Shown one piece after another: positions 41,225 through 53,834 of a stretch of 64,000 nt of DNA (position 1 is the first letter of the stretch; each line of letters begins with the position of its first letter). The translations under genes were made by a program, and so were the position numbers. The DNA comes from Eledone cirrhosa (lineage: Eukaryota): the NCBI GenBank assembly GCA_964016885.1, contig OZ024757.1:20584001-20648000 (forward strand), in the 5' to 3' direction. Under the pieces are notes generated by a model. That model was not told where the DNA came from, did no database searches, and saw only the letters and a list, made by a program, of their open reading frames with translations.

Positions 41225-41287
41225 TATTTTATCTGAAGAAAGCGCACCAATGTGTTTTGGTACCCTTGAAATATATATAATAAAATA
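41225..41287 (+). ncRNA. Minimal type I hammerhead ribozyme, same family as 38314
   Basis: TATTTTAT-CTGAAGA-AAGCGCACCAA..TTGGTACCCTT-GAAA-TATATA-TA-ATAAAATA. Perfect 8-bp stem I. Confidence 0.7.
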
Positions 41288-41616
41288 AATATGGTTTTAT
41301 AAATATAGTTTCCATTTATTTAATATCATTGTATATATATAGATATATATATAATTCTACTACTTTAGACACAAGGCCAGCAATTACCCAGTACATTACT
41401 GGTACTTTATTTTATCGACCCCCGTAAGGATGAAAGGCAAAGTTAACCTCGGTGGGATTTGAAAGATTGTAAAGGGACGTAATGAAGGAGGTGTGGTAAG
41501 GAACCAGATGGACTATAATGCACCAGAGTACTCAATACTTAGGGTAGTAGAGTGGGTAATAGGAGAATGTTTGACCCCGACGGCAGAGCTCAACTGCTGT
41601 CGGGGTCAAACATTCT

Positions 41617-41652
<36 letters not shown>

Positions 41653-42049
41653 TATATACATACACATACATACACAAATACATATATACACATACATACA
41701 TACACAAATACATATATACACACATACATATATACACAAATACATATATACACACATACAGACACACATATATATATACATACATAATATACTCTGTAAA
41801 GTTATGTTAGTATCACAAAACATTCAACCCACACTGTAAAGTGGTTGTGTAGGTGATACTGCAAAAAGCACCCAGCACACACTGTAAATGTGGTTGGCGT
41901 TAGGGAGAGCATCCAGCCATAGAGAACCAGCCCTATATGAGTGAGTCACGGTCACCCAACCCAACTTGCCTCTAATGGGACAAACCTGTCTAACCCATGC
42001 CAGCATGGAAAATAGACGTTAAACAATGATGATAATGATATATATATAT

Positions 42050-42349
42050 TTGCAATCAAAAGGTTGTGAGTTCAATTCTCAGACTGGGTGATGTGTTGTG
42101 TCCTTGAGTAAGACACTTTATTTCACTCAGCTGTAGAAATGAGATGATAGGGATTGGGGTCCCTATCATTCCACTGCAAAGTGGTCGTGGAGGTGCCACG
42201 GCAAAAAATAAGCACCCAGCACTCACTGTAAATGAGGTTGGTGTTAGGAAGGGCATCCAGCTGTAGAAATCAAGCCAGAATCAGTTCCCGTCCCACCCTT
42301 GCAAGCAAGGAAAAGCGGACGTAAAATGATGATGATGATGATGATGATG
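42050..42349 (+). mobile_element. SINE family A, 5'-truncated
   Basis: Match to the family from TTGCAATC onward. Confidence 0.8.
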
Positions 42350-42589
42350 CAGGGACGGGGTGTTTATCCTGTTTTTTTTTTTTAAAGGGTACACTGTATC
42401 CCTGCATGAATAAACATAGCTGGTGCCTCAGTATTGCTGCAGCCTGTCAGCTGGAGCAGGTAAAAGATAAATGATAGGTGTAGGCCTAGCTGTGTAGCTA
42501 AGGAGTTCAGTTGACAACATTGTGCCTCCTACTATAGCCCATGGTTGCCTTCTGGGTGGAATTTGGTAGATATATCTGGGATGATACAT

Positions 42590-42920
42590 GTTATAATGAC
42601 ACCTTCTCTAGTGGTAACCTGCTGTATTACCAGTCCAGGATTCATTGCCCAGAAAGAGGGCAAACTGTGTCAATGTATTGGTTGCTCTCTGATGGGTTTA
42701 TAGTAGAGTCTGTGGCAGTGAAGACTTCTGGTGTTCTTGGTCCCCAGATAACATCTCTGCTCACTACTATTGGAGCAGGTGAGAGCCCTATGAAGTACGC
42801 TGATCGTTCCAGTGCAATTCCCTTGCTGACCTCAGGGGAAATAACTTCTCCATCCTGTTGGCTAAATCCACAAGACAAACGACATATTAGGGTAGGAGTG
42901 AGGTGGCAATCTTCAGACAT
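42590..42920 (-). mobile_element. Possible highly decayed LTR (Gypsy-like) pol fragment
   Basis: Mixed-frame remnants SQQDGEVISPEVSKGI and DVIWGP/EHQK resemble RT-connection motifs. The resemblance is weak. Confidence 0.25.
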
Positions 42921-43404
42921 AAGGGTTAATAATCTCCTCTCTCACACACACACACACACACACATTAAAACAATATTGTGTCCTATCTATTACAAGCATT
43001 TGCTTTCCTTGCTAGCAAGGGTTAGACAGGTCATCATATACTAAGTCAGTACTTCATCGGACTTCGTGACCCCTGATGAGCAAGCAGGGGGGGGTGTCAC
43101 ATATGTTCCCACACACTATAGATTGCATCGGATGCATGTTAATGTACCACTACAATATAGATATGTATGTGTGAGATAATTGTTTCTACTTCTGGCACAG
43201 GGCCAGCAATTATACCAGTGTATTACTGGTACTTTATTTTATCGACCCCCCCCCCCCCCGTAAGGATGAAAGGCAAAGTTAACCTCGGCGGGATTTGAAC
43301 TCAGACTATAAAGGGCCGTAACTCTTTGCTGCAAAGCATGGCGTCTCCGACTCTCTACTGATACTGCCAATCCACCGCATATATATGTGACATAATGGAG
43401 AATA

Positions 43405-43905
43405 AGTACTGGAGTTGACATGCTTGACAAAATGAAGGTAATGCCCCTGCATGGCCACTCTCTAATGACTGAAACAAGTAAAAGAGTACTGGGTTGATAT
43501 GATTGACAAAATGAAGGTAATGCCCCTGCATGGCCACTCTCTAATGACTGAAACAAGTAAAAGAGTACTGGGTTGATATGATTGACAAAATGAAGGTAAT
43601 GCCCCTGCATGGCCACTCTCTAATGACTGAAACAAGTAAAAGAGTACTGGGTTGATATGATTGACAAAATGAAGGTAATGCCCCTGCATGGCCACTCTCT
43701 AATGACTGAAACAAGTAAAAGAGTACTGGGTTGATATGATTGACAAAATGAAGGTAATGCCCCTGCATGGCCACTCTCTAATGACTGAAACAAGTAAAAG
43801 AGTACTGGAGTTGATATGATTGACAAAATGAAGGTAATGCCCCTGCATAGCCACTCTCTAATGACTGAAACAAGTAAAAGAGTACTGAGTTGATATGATT
43901 GACTA
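43405..43905 (+). repeat. 79-bp minisatellite (~6 units) from a SINE tail of the CR1-like type
   Basis: Unit contains GCCCCTGCATGGCCACTCTCTAATGACTGAAACAAGTAAAAGAGTACTG. Confidence 0.88.
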
Positions 43906-43986
43906 AATCACGACAGTGCTGCAGCATGGCCAAATTCTAATGACAGAAAAAATAATAAAAAAAAAACAAAAAACAAATATGCCTAC

Positions 43987-44110
43987 CATTATTTGGAGCT
44001 TGCAGTGAAGAAAGATATATATTTGTTAATTCTTCATCAGATTCGAAAATCTCCTTTTCAAATGAAGAAAGCATGATATTTCGGTGGCCAGTAATTTCAT
44101 AAGTATCCAT
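43987..44110 (-). CDS. Candidate alternative first coding exon of the navigator gene (MDTYEITGHRNIMLSSFEKEIFESDEELTNIYLSSLQAPNN-G)
   Basis: Non-repetitive island with ATG in the context aaaacATGG, 41 open codons, then donor AATG|GTAGGC in phase 1. That phase matches the acceptor at 35885 (junction codon G+GT = Gly). No homology recognised. Confidence 0.45.
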
Positions 44111-44349
44111 GTTTTGTATGTGTGTTGTGTGTGAGTGAGTGAGTGTATATATATATATATCTACATATACACTCACTCATATATGTATATAGTGAATTAA
44201 ATATAGTCTTCTCTGAATTAACATGAAAGGTAAACATCATTAGAGAGAGAGAGGGGGGGGGGTGGAAAGAGAGAAAGGAGTTGGAAGTTTAGAAAGTGTT
44301 TAAAAAGCAAAAATGTATGTATATATATATATATATATATATATGTAAT

Positions 44350-44589
44350 TCTGTATGTGTAGGTGTGTGTATATCTGCAGTTATGTATATATATATATGT
44401 TTATATATATCTGTAAGGAGTGTGTATATATATGTCTATATATAACTGTAAGGTGTGTATATATCTGCAGTTATGTATGTATATATATATATATATATCT
44501 ATATATATCTGTAAATGTGTGTATATATCTGCAGTTATGTATATATATATATATATATATATCTGTAAATGTGTGTATATATCTGCAGT

Positions 44590-44620
<31 letters not shown>

Positions 44621-44989
44621 CTGTAAATGTGTGTATATATCTGCAGTTATGTATATATATATCTGTAAATGTGTGTATATATCTGCAGTTATGTATATAT
44701 ATATATATATATCTGTAAATGTGTGTATATATCTGCAGTTATGTATATATATATATATCTGTAAATGTGTGTATATATCTGCAGTTATGTATATATATAT
44801 ATATATATATATATGTAAATGTGTGTATATATCTGCAGTTATGTATATATATATATATATCTGTAAATGTGTGTATATATCTGCAGTTATGTATATATAT
44901 ATATATATATATATGTAAATGTGTGTATATATCTGCAGTTATGTATATATATATATATATATATGTAAATGTGTGTATATATCTGCAGT

Positions 44990-45030
<41 letters not shown>

Positions 45031-45061
45031 GTAAATGTGTGCATATATCTGCAGTTATGTA

Positions 45062-45065
<4 letters not shown>
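44350..45065 (+). repeat. Variable-length minisatellite CTGTAAATGTGTGTATATATCTGCAGTTATG-(TA)n
   Basis: About 15 units with variable (TA)n spacers. Confidence 0.88.
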
Positions 45066-45105
<40 letters not shown>

Positions 45106-45325
45106 CTGGTCACCAGTTAACTATAATGATCAGCCATGTTCAGATGTGTTACTAACTGAGAAGTACTTAAATAATACAACACATTGTGAATGCTTAGCTG
45201 ATGTAACACAACAATTAACACCAGTGGTTTGAAAACAACTATAATGCTGATGACGACAATAACTTATCACACCATTGACATTTCCTCAACATGTTCCAAA
45301 AAAAAAAAAAAATAATAATAACACA

Positions 45326-45356
<31 letters not shown>

Positions 45357-45642
45357 GCAAACACCACAGAAACACAAAACAAAAAGCAACAGTACTTGAA
45401 ATGATAAAGAAGGGATAAATAGCCATCAGCTTATAACAAGTAAAAAAAATAGTTAAGAGGAAGGAAGACAAGAGCTTGATAACATAAATTAGATCAAACC
45501 ATTTGTTGACCAGTTTTAATGGAAGACATATTTTCTAATGTGTTTTAATTACCAGATAGTGGTGGAGAGAGAGGAGATTTTTGTAATGTGTATTTTGGAA
45601 TTGGAAAAAAAGTGCATCCAATAGGTCGGCAAGTATAGTATA

Positions 45643-45685
<43 letters not shown>

Positions 45686-45734
45686 ATAAATTAAAATAAA
45701 TAAGTCAAATATTTAAAATTTGGCTTCGTTTATT

Positions 45735-45789
45735 ACTGCTATATATATTTCGGTGACAGCCATCTTTGGCTGTGACCTCTTCAGGCAGT
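45735..45789 (-). ncRNA. Minimal type I hammerhead ribozyme (inverted copy of 46002-46056)
   Basis: Exact reverse complement of the motif, in the left arm of the fold-back. Confidence 0.85.
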
Positions 45790-46001
45790 CCGAATTAGTG
45801 TGGTAGAGACGGGTATACATGTTGTTGAGGTGTTTAACTTTGTCAATACTCTGATATGTCCAGTTCCTGGTTGGGTTGTTATTTCTATGAGGAACTGGAA
45901 TCATAGAAACAACAACCCAACCAGGAACTGGACATATCAGAGTATTGATGGAGTTAAATACCTCAACAACATGTGTACCCGTCTCTACGACACTAATTCG
46001 G

Positions 46002-46056
46002 ACTGCCTGAAGAGGTCACAGCCAAAGATGGCTGTCACCGAAATATATATAGCAGT
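46002..46056 (+). ncRNA. Minimal type I hammerhead ribozyme
   Basis: ACTGC-CTGAAGA-GGTCACAGCCA[AAGA]TGGCTGTCACC-GAAA-TATATA-TA-GCAGT. Intact core, perfect stem I, 10/11-bp stem II and palindromic stem III. Confidence 0.85.
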
Positions 46057-46483
46057 AATAAACGAAGCCAAATTTTAAATATTTGACTTATTTATTTTAA
46101 TTTATTTTACATTACTCCGGAGTAACCAAACCAACCTGCGCATTTCGTCGAGTGCTCCAATCTGTATATGAGGTGTTGGTATACAACCAACATATACTCA
46201 AAATATATATATATATATATATATCAATGATATTGTTTCTACTTTTGGCACCAGGCCAGCAATTATCCCAGTGCATTACTGGTACTTTATTTTATCGACC
46301 CTGTAAGGATGAAAGGCAAAGTTAAACCTCGGCGAGATTTGAACTCAGACCGTAAAGGGCCGTAACCCTATGCTCTACCGATACTGCCAATAATAATAAA
46401 AGTAAATACACAGGTTAATAGATTAAAATCCAGAGAGTATGAAAGCAAAGATTATCTGCTTAAACTATTAATCTGTTCAAATA

Positions 46484-46550
<67 letters not shown>

Positions 46551-46891
46551 ATCATCATCAACATCATCGATTAACGTCTATCTTCCATGCTAGCATGGGT
46601 TTAGACGGGAATTGTCCCACTTGAGGCAAGATTGGTTGTCTCGCTCGTATAGGACTGTCTGGCGGGTTTTCTACGGCTGGATGCCCTTCCTAACGCCTTT
46701 TCTACGGCTGGGAGCCCTTCCCAACACCAACCACGTTTACAGTGTGTACTTGGAGGTTTTTACCGTGTTACCTACACGGCCACATTACAGCGTGGACTGT
46801 GTGTTTTTTTTTTTGTCGTGACACCTACACGACCTCATTTATTTAGGACTGGATGTTGTGGTACCAACATAACTTTTACAGCAAAAGGGGT

Positions 46892-47232
46892 CATCATCAT
46901 CATCATTTCATTTTACGTCCACTTTTCCCTGCTTGCAAGGGTGGGACGGGAACTGATTCTGGCTTGATTTCTACAGCTGGATGCCCTTCCTAACACCAAC
47001 CTCATTTACAGTGAGTGCTGGGTGCTTTTTGTGCCGTGGCACCTCCACGACCACTTTACAGTGGAATGATAGGGACCCCAGTCCCTATCATCTCATTTCT
47101 ACAGCTGAGTAAACTGGAGCAATGTGAAATAAAGTGTCTTGCTCAAGGAAACAACACATCACCCGGTCTGAGAATTGAACTCACAACCTTTCGATTGCAA
47201 GGCCAATGCTCTAACCACTAAGCCATGTGCCT
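46892..47232 (-). mobile_element. SINE family A
   Basis: Match to the family. Confidence 0.85.
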
Positions 47233-47337
47233 CTATTTATCTATACATATATACATGCACACAACTATTGTATTAGCAATAGTGGCAACATGACCATCCC
47301 AAAATCTAACAATGTGTGTGTATGTATGTATAAATAA

Positions 47338-47427
<90 letters not shown>

Positions 47428-47854
47428 ATCAGCCTAAATCATTTTAAGAGGAAATGAGAAAATTATGGAATAGGAAACAACACGGATGTTGGTCGGAAGG
47501 AGCAGAATGATCTAATTCTGTCAACACACTATGTTAAGGATACAATTGTCTGTGGAATACTCAGCCGGCAATGTTATAATTTCATGAATAGATATTTACA
47601 CTGATCAAATTACTGGGACATTTGTATATCAAATTTCTTGTGAGAAATTCTGTATGGCTGTGTTGTTGAATTGTTTGGTTTGCAGCCATGTGATTACAAG
47701 TTCTGATCTACAGGGGTTCCTTGGGCAAGTGTTTACTAGAACCTCAGGTTGACCAATGCCTTGGGGGTGGATATTTGGTCCAGGGAAGCTGTGAAGAAGC
47801 CTGTCATGTGTGTGTGTGTGTGTATGTGTGTGTAGGTATATATATATAATATTA

Positions 47855-48200
47855 TCATCATCATCATCATTTTTACGTCCGCTTTTCCCTGCTTGCAAAG
47901 TTTGGACGGGGAACTGATTTGACGGGGAACTTGATTTCTACAGCTGGATGCCCTTCCTAACACCAACCTCATTTACAGTGAGTGCTGGGTGCTTTTTTTC
48001 CGTGGCGCCTCCACGACCACTTTGCAGTGGAATGATATGGACCCCAGTCCCTATCATCTCATTTCTACAGCTGAGTAAACTGGAGCAATGTGAAATAAAG
48101 TGTCTTGCTCAAGGAAACAACACATCACCCTGTCTGAGAATTGAACTCACAACCTTTCGATTGCAAGGCCAATGCTCTAACCACTAAGCCATGTGCTTCC
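47855..48200 (-). mobile_element. SINE family A
   Basis: Match to the family. Confidence 0.85.
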
Positions 48201-48420
48201 ATATGCATACATATATATATATATGTACCTATATACATGCTTATGTATGATGTAGACTCCCCACGAACGCAAACGGAAAACAAACTGAGCATAGATGACC
48301 TGTCAACATCACTTGGCACAAATGTCAATGGTCTGCAGTGTTAGAGGCAATTATTTGACTTCCCGACAGAACAAGCCGGACTAACTGCTAAGATATACAC
48401 ACACACACATATATATATAT

Positions 48421-48467
<47 letters not shown>

Positions 48468-48664
48468 TATATATATACACACACACATACATATCTATAC
48501 ACACATACATATATCTATACACATATATATACACACTGTAAACGTGGTTGGTGTTAGGAAGCGCATCCAGTGGGACAATTCCCGTCCAGACCCATGCTAG
48601 CGTGGAAAATGGACGTTAAACGATGATGATGATGATACACACACACACACACACATATATATAT

Positions 48665-48697
<33 letters not shown>

Positions 48698-48740
48698 CAC
48701 ACACACAGAGAAGTAGTAACACAACAGTTAGTTCACCATA

Positions 48741-48779
48741 CCGAGAACAATTGTTTCACCTTGTGGATCTTCAGCTCGG
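48741..48779 (-). ncRNA. Very compact type I hammerhead ribozyme (39 nt)
   Basis: CCGAG-CTGAAGA-TCC[ACAA]GGT-GAAA-CAATTG-TT-CTCGG. Confidence 0.72.
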
Positions 48780-49017
48780 ACACACACATATATATATATA
48801 TATACACACATACACATATATATATACATACACACACATATATATATGTATATATATATATATACACATACATACATATATATATATACATACATACACA
48901 CACACACATATATATATATATATACATATATGAATAGACCTGTTATTTTTATCTCAAGACATTTATTCCAACCTGCCTGTCCCTTCAATCTATCTTATTT
49001 CTCATTCTTCCTTCTGA

Positions 49018-50405
49018 TGAAGGGTAAAGGAGATGCTCTAGATAGGGGAAACTATAGAGGCATTAAGTTAGTTGACCAGGTCATGAAGGTCACAGAAAGA
49101 GTTATAACACAACTTATCAGAGATCGAATTGATCTAGATGAAATGCAGTTTGGGTTTGTGTCAGGTAAAAGTACCGCAGACGCTCTTTTCCTTGTACGAC
49201 AACTACAGGAGAAGTACCTAGCCTAAAGTAAACCCCTCCACTTAGATTTTGTTGACTTGGAGAAAGCCTTTGACAGAGTCCCCCCGTTCCATTATCTGGT
49301 GGGTTCTTAGAAAACTAGGTGTAGATGAATGGCTTGTGAGAGCTATACAAGCCATGTATAATGAAACAGTCAGTAAGGTTAGAATTAACAATGAATATAG
49401 TGAAGAATTTAGCATAAAAGTTGGTGTTCATCAAGGCTCTGTCCTTATCCCTCTCCTATTTATTATTGCCCTTCAGGCTATAACAGAGGAGTTTAAGACT
49501 GGCTGCCCATGGGAACTTCTATGCGCAGATGATCTAACTCTCATAGCTGAATCTATGGCTGAACAAGAGAAGAAATTCCAAACACGGAAGCATAGCCTAG
49601 AATCAAAAGGCCTTAAAGTTAACTTGTCTAAGACTAAAGTTCTAGTATGTAGAAAGGAAAATAAGGCACAAGTGCCCTCTTGGAAATGGCCTTGCTCAGT
49701 GTGTAGGAAAGGAGTAGGTAGAAATTCCAAATGCAAACTATGGGTACATAAAAATGTAGTGGGATCACAGGTAAGCTATCTAAGAACATAGATTTTATAT
49801 GTGGCCGATGCTCAGGTGCAATAAATAGCAAGTGCAATAAGTAGCTATTGCCCAGATGGTTCTATAGAAATTGTGGACACTTTCCGTTACCTGGGTGACA
49901 AAATCAGCAGTGGTGGAGGGTGCTCTGAAAGTACAGTAGCCAGAGTCAGAACGGGATGGAAAAAGTTCAGAGAGCTTATACCGCTGTGGGCCACTAACGG
50001 TTTCTCTCTAAAAACGAAAGGCAGATTGTATGATGCCTGTATATGTACAGCAATGTTACATGGCAGTGAGAGATGGGCATTGTGTGTAGAGGACCTGTGC
50101 AGACTGGAAAGGAATGAAGCATGCATGCTCTGTTGGATGTGTAATAGTAATATACATGAATGGCAAAACATAAATGAACTAAGTGAGAAATTAGGAATAA
50201 GAGGGATCAGATGCTGTTTACTTGAGAGAAGACTACATTCGTATGGTCATGTGATGCACATGAAAGACGACAGCTGTATAAAAAAGTGCAGGGTGATCAA
50301 AATTGATAAGAAATTACAGAGTAGGTAGACCCAGAAAAACCTGGGACGATTTGATAAATTCCAACCTTACACCTCTCCAAGTGAATGTCACTGGACCGAG
50401 ATCCG
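49018..50405 (+). mobile_element. Decayed RTE-clade LINE: RT domain and C-terminus, same family as 19960-21460
   Basis: Motifs KGKGDALDRGNYRGIKL, FVDLEKAFD, GVHQGSVL.PLLF, LLCADDL (YADD mutated), KVNLSKTKV, a Cys-rich insert WPCSVCRKGVG...CKLWVHK, FRYLGD and GRPRKTW. Confidence 0.92.
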
Positions 50406-51606
50406 TGTAGGTAAGATGGTAAAAAGCTTTCAGTCCACACTGTAAATGTGGTTGGTGTTAGGAAGGGCATCCAGCCATAGAAAACCCGCCAGACAGTCCT
50501 ATACGAGCAAGACAACCAATCTTGCCTCAAGTGGGAAAACTCCCGTCCAAACCCATGCAAGCGTGGAAGATGGACGTTAAACGATGATGATGATGATGAT
50601 TATGTATGTGTGTGTTTATATATCTTGTTTGTGTATGTCATGATACTTAGCAATTTGACACAAAGAGATCAATAAAATAAGTCCCAGGATTAGTACAGAG
50701 GTGGTGCCCCAGCATGGCTGCAGTCCAACGACTGGAAGCAGTAGTAATAATTGTTTCTATTTTTGGCACCAGGCCAGCAATTATCCCAGTGCATTACTGG
50801 TACTTTATTTTATCGACCCTATAAGGATGAAAGCAAAGTTGACCTCGGCGGGATTTGAACTTAGATCATAAAGGGTCGTAACTCTATGCTGCAAAGCATG
50901 ACGTCCGACCCTCTACCGATACTGCCAATCCACTGCATAATAATGGTTTCTTATATAGGCACACGGCCAGCAATTTGGGGGGTGGGGGAAGTCAATTAAA
51001 TCGACCCCAGTGCGTGACTGGTACTTTATTTTATTGACCCCCGTAAGGACGAAAGGCAAAGTTAACCTCGGCGGGATTTGAACTCAGATCATAAAGGGCC
51101 GTAACTCTATGCTGCAAAGCATGGCGTCCGACCCTCTACCGATACTGCCAATCCACAATGAAAGAATATACCAGTTGTATTAATTAGGAAGGAAGATAAG
51201 ATTCTGCTGTCATCAAGGAAATGACCAGGCTGAGTATGGATAGGAGTGGGTAGGAATTCTATATATATATATATATATATATACATTTAGAAACACACAG
51301 ATACATGCGGACACACACATATATACATGAATGCATCCGCACCCAACTGTGAGTTAAGGTCGAGCAATCTTTGAAGTGTGGGGACAACTGGAAAGCTTCC
51401 ATTACTCATACTTCTCGCCTTCTTCACTCCCTCTTCTACGGCCTCGATATGAATACCCCCTCCGCCTCCGTGGTATTTTTTTCGTGGTTATAAGAGGCTT
51501 AGCTCTGTTTCTCGACCGTTATATCGCGTGACTATCTCCCCCTCCGCCTTTTGGGATTCTTTCTCACGTCGTGTAGACGCGTTCTTGAGACTAGTAAAAT
51601 GAGGTA

Positions 51607-51694
51607 TCCTCTTGATAAGTCGGCAGACCTCGCAAGGACTCTATATCTTTGATATATTGTTTTTGTTTATGCCACGAAACTACGTAGTCGAGGA
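51607..51694 (+). ncRNA. Degenerate hammerhead ribozyme with a mutated core
   Basis: TCCTC-TTGATAA (vs CTGATGA)-GTCGGCA...TGCCAC-GAAA-CTACGTAG-TC-GAGGA. Confidence 0.5.
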
Positions 51695-51763
51695 ATTTAG
51701 GAACAGTTTAGGTATGATACATTTTATTACTAATTATATCTAAATGTTTCTTCTCTCTTCATA

Positions 51764-52239
<476 letters not shown>

Positions 52240-52369
52240 TATACATACACATACATATCCATATATACATATATATAACTGCATGCACACATACATATAT
52301 ATTCACACACACACATGTACATAAACATGCACTCTCATATACATAGGCATATAAATACTTCATACATAC

Positions 52370-52416
<47 letters not shown>

Positions 52417-52531
52417 GTATATATGTATGAGTATATATATGTGTGTATATATATGTATATATATATATATATATGCACATGTATGTGTGTCTGTTTATAT
52501 ATCTTGTTTGTGTATGTCATGATACATAGCA

Positions 52532-52609
<78 letters not shown>

Positions 52610-52647
52610 ATATATACATATATATACATATATATATATATATATAC

Positions 52648-52719
<72 letters not shown>

Positions 52720-52727
52720 ATATATAC

Positions 52728-52838
<111 letters not shown>

Positions 52839-53105
52839 TATATCATCATCATCGCTTAACGACAGGACAGTTTTCCCTGCTAGTAATGGTTATATATATT
52901 AATATATATATATACGTATATACATTTTATACATACATGTGTGAGTGAGTGTGAGTGTGTGTGTGTATACAGCAGGAAACCACACACAGAGTACACGATG
53001 AACAAAAAGTCTATTTTTAGAGATTATATCATAACAGGAAGCTGAACTGCTCACATACAATTGATGATGACAATTGTGATGATGATGATGACTATATATA
53101 TATAT

Positions 53106-53157
<52 letters not shown>

Positions 53158-53334
53158 ATTATATATGAAGGTACTTTGTAGCCAATGTATATATATACAT
53201 TATATGATAGTGGTAACGATGTTGATTAATGACAGCAACAAGGTAAACAGAAAACGATACAGCAAACTGATACAGTACAGTGAAGATATATATTAGTTTA
53301 ACGCTTGATAATAATCCCACACACACACCACACA

Positions 53335-53632
53335 CACACATACACATATTTTATATATATATATATATATGTATACGTGTGTGATGGTGCATATATAACA
53401 GTTTATATATGTAAAACAATAATATTTGTTTCTACTTTTGGCACAAGACCAGCAATTACCCCAGTGTATTACTGGTACTTTATTCACACACACATATTTT
53501 ATATATATATATATATGTATACGTGTGTGATGGTGCATATATAACAGTTTATATATGTAAAACAATAATATTTGTTTCTACTATTGGGGCACAAGGCCAG
53601 CAATTACCCCAGTGTATTACTGGTACTTTATT

Positions 53633-53674
<42 letters not shown>

Positions 53675-53785
53675 GTATACGTGTGTGATGGTGTATATAT
53701 AACAGTTTATATATGTAAAACAATAATATTTGTTTCTACTTTTGGCACAAGGCCAGCAATTACCCCAGTGTATTACTGGTACTTT

Positions 53786-53834
<49 letters not shown>

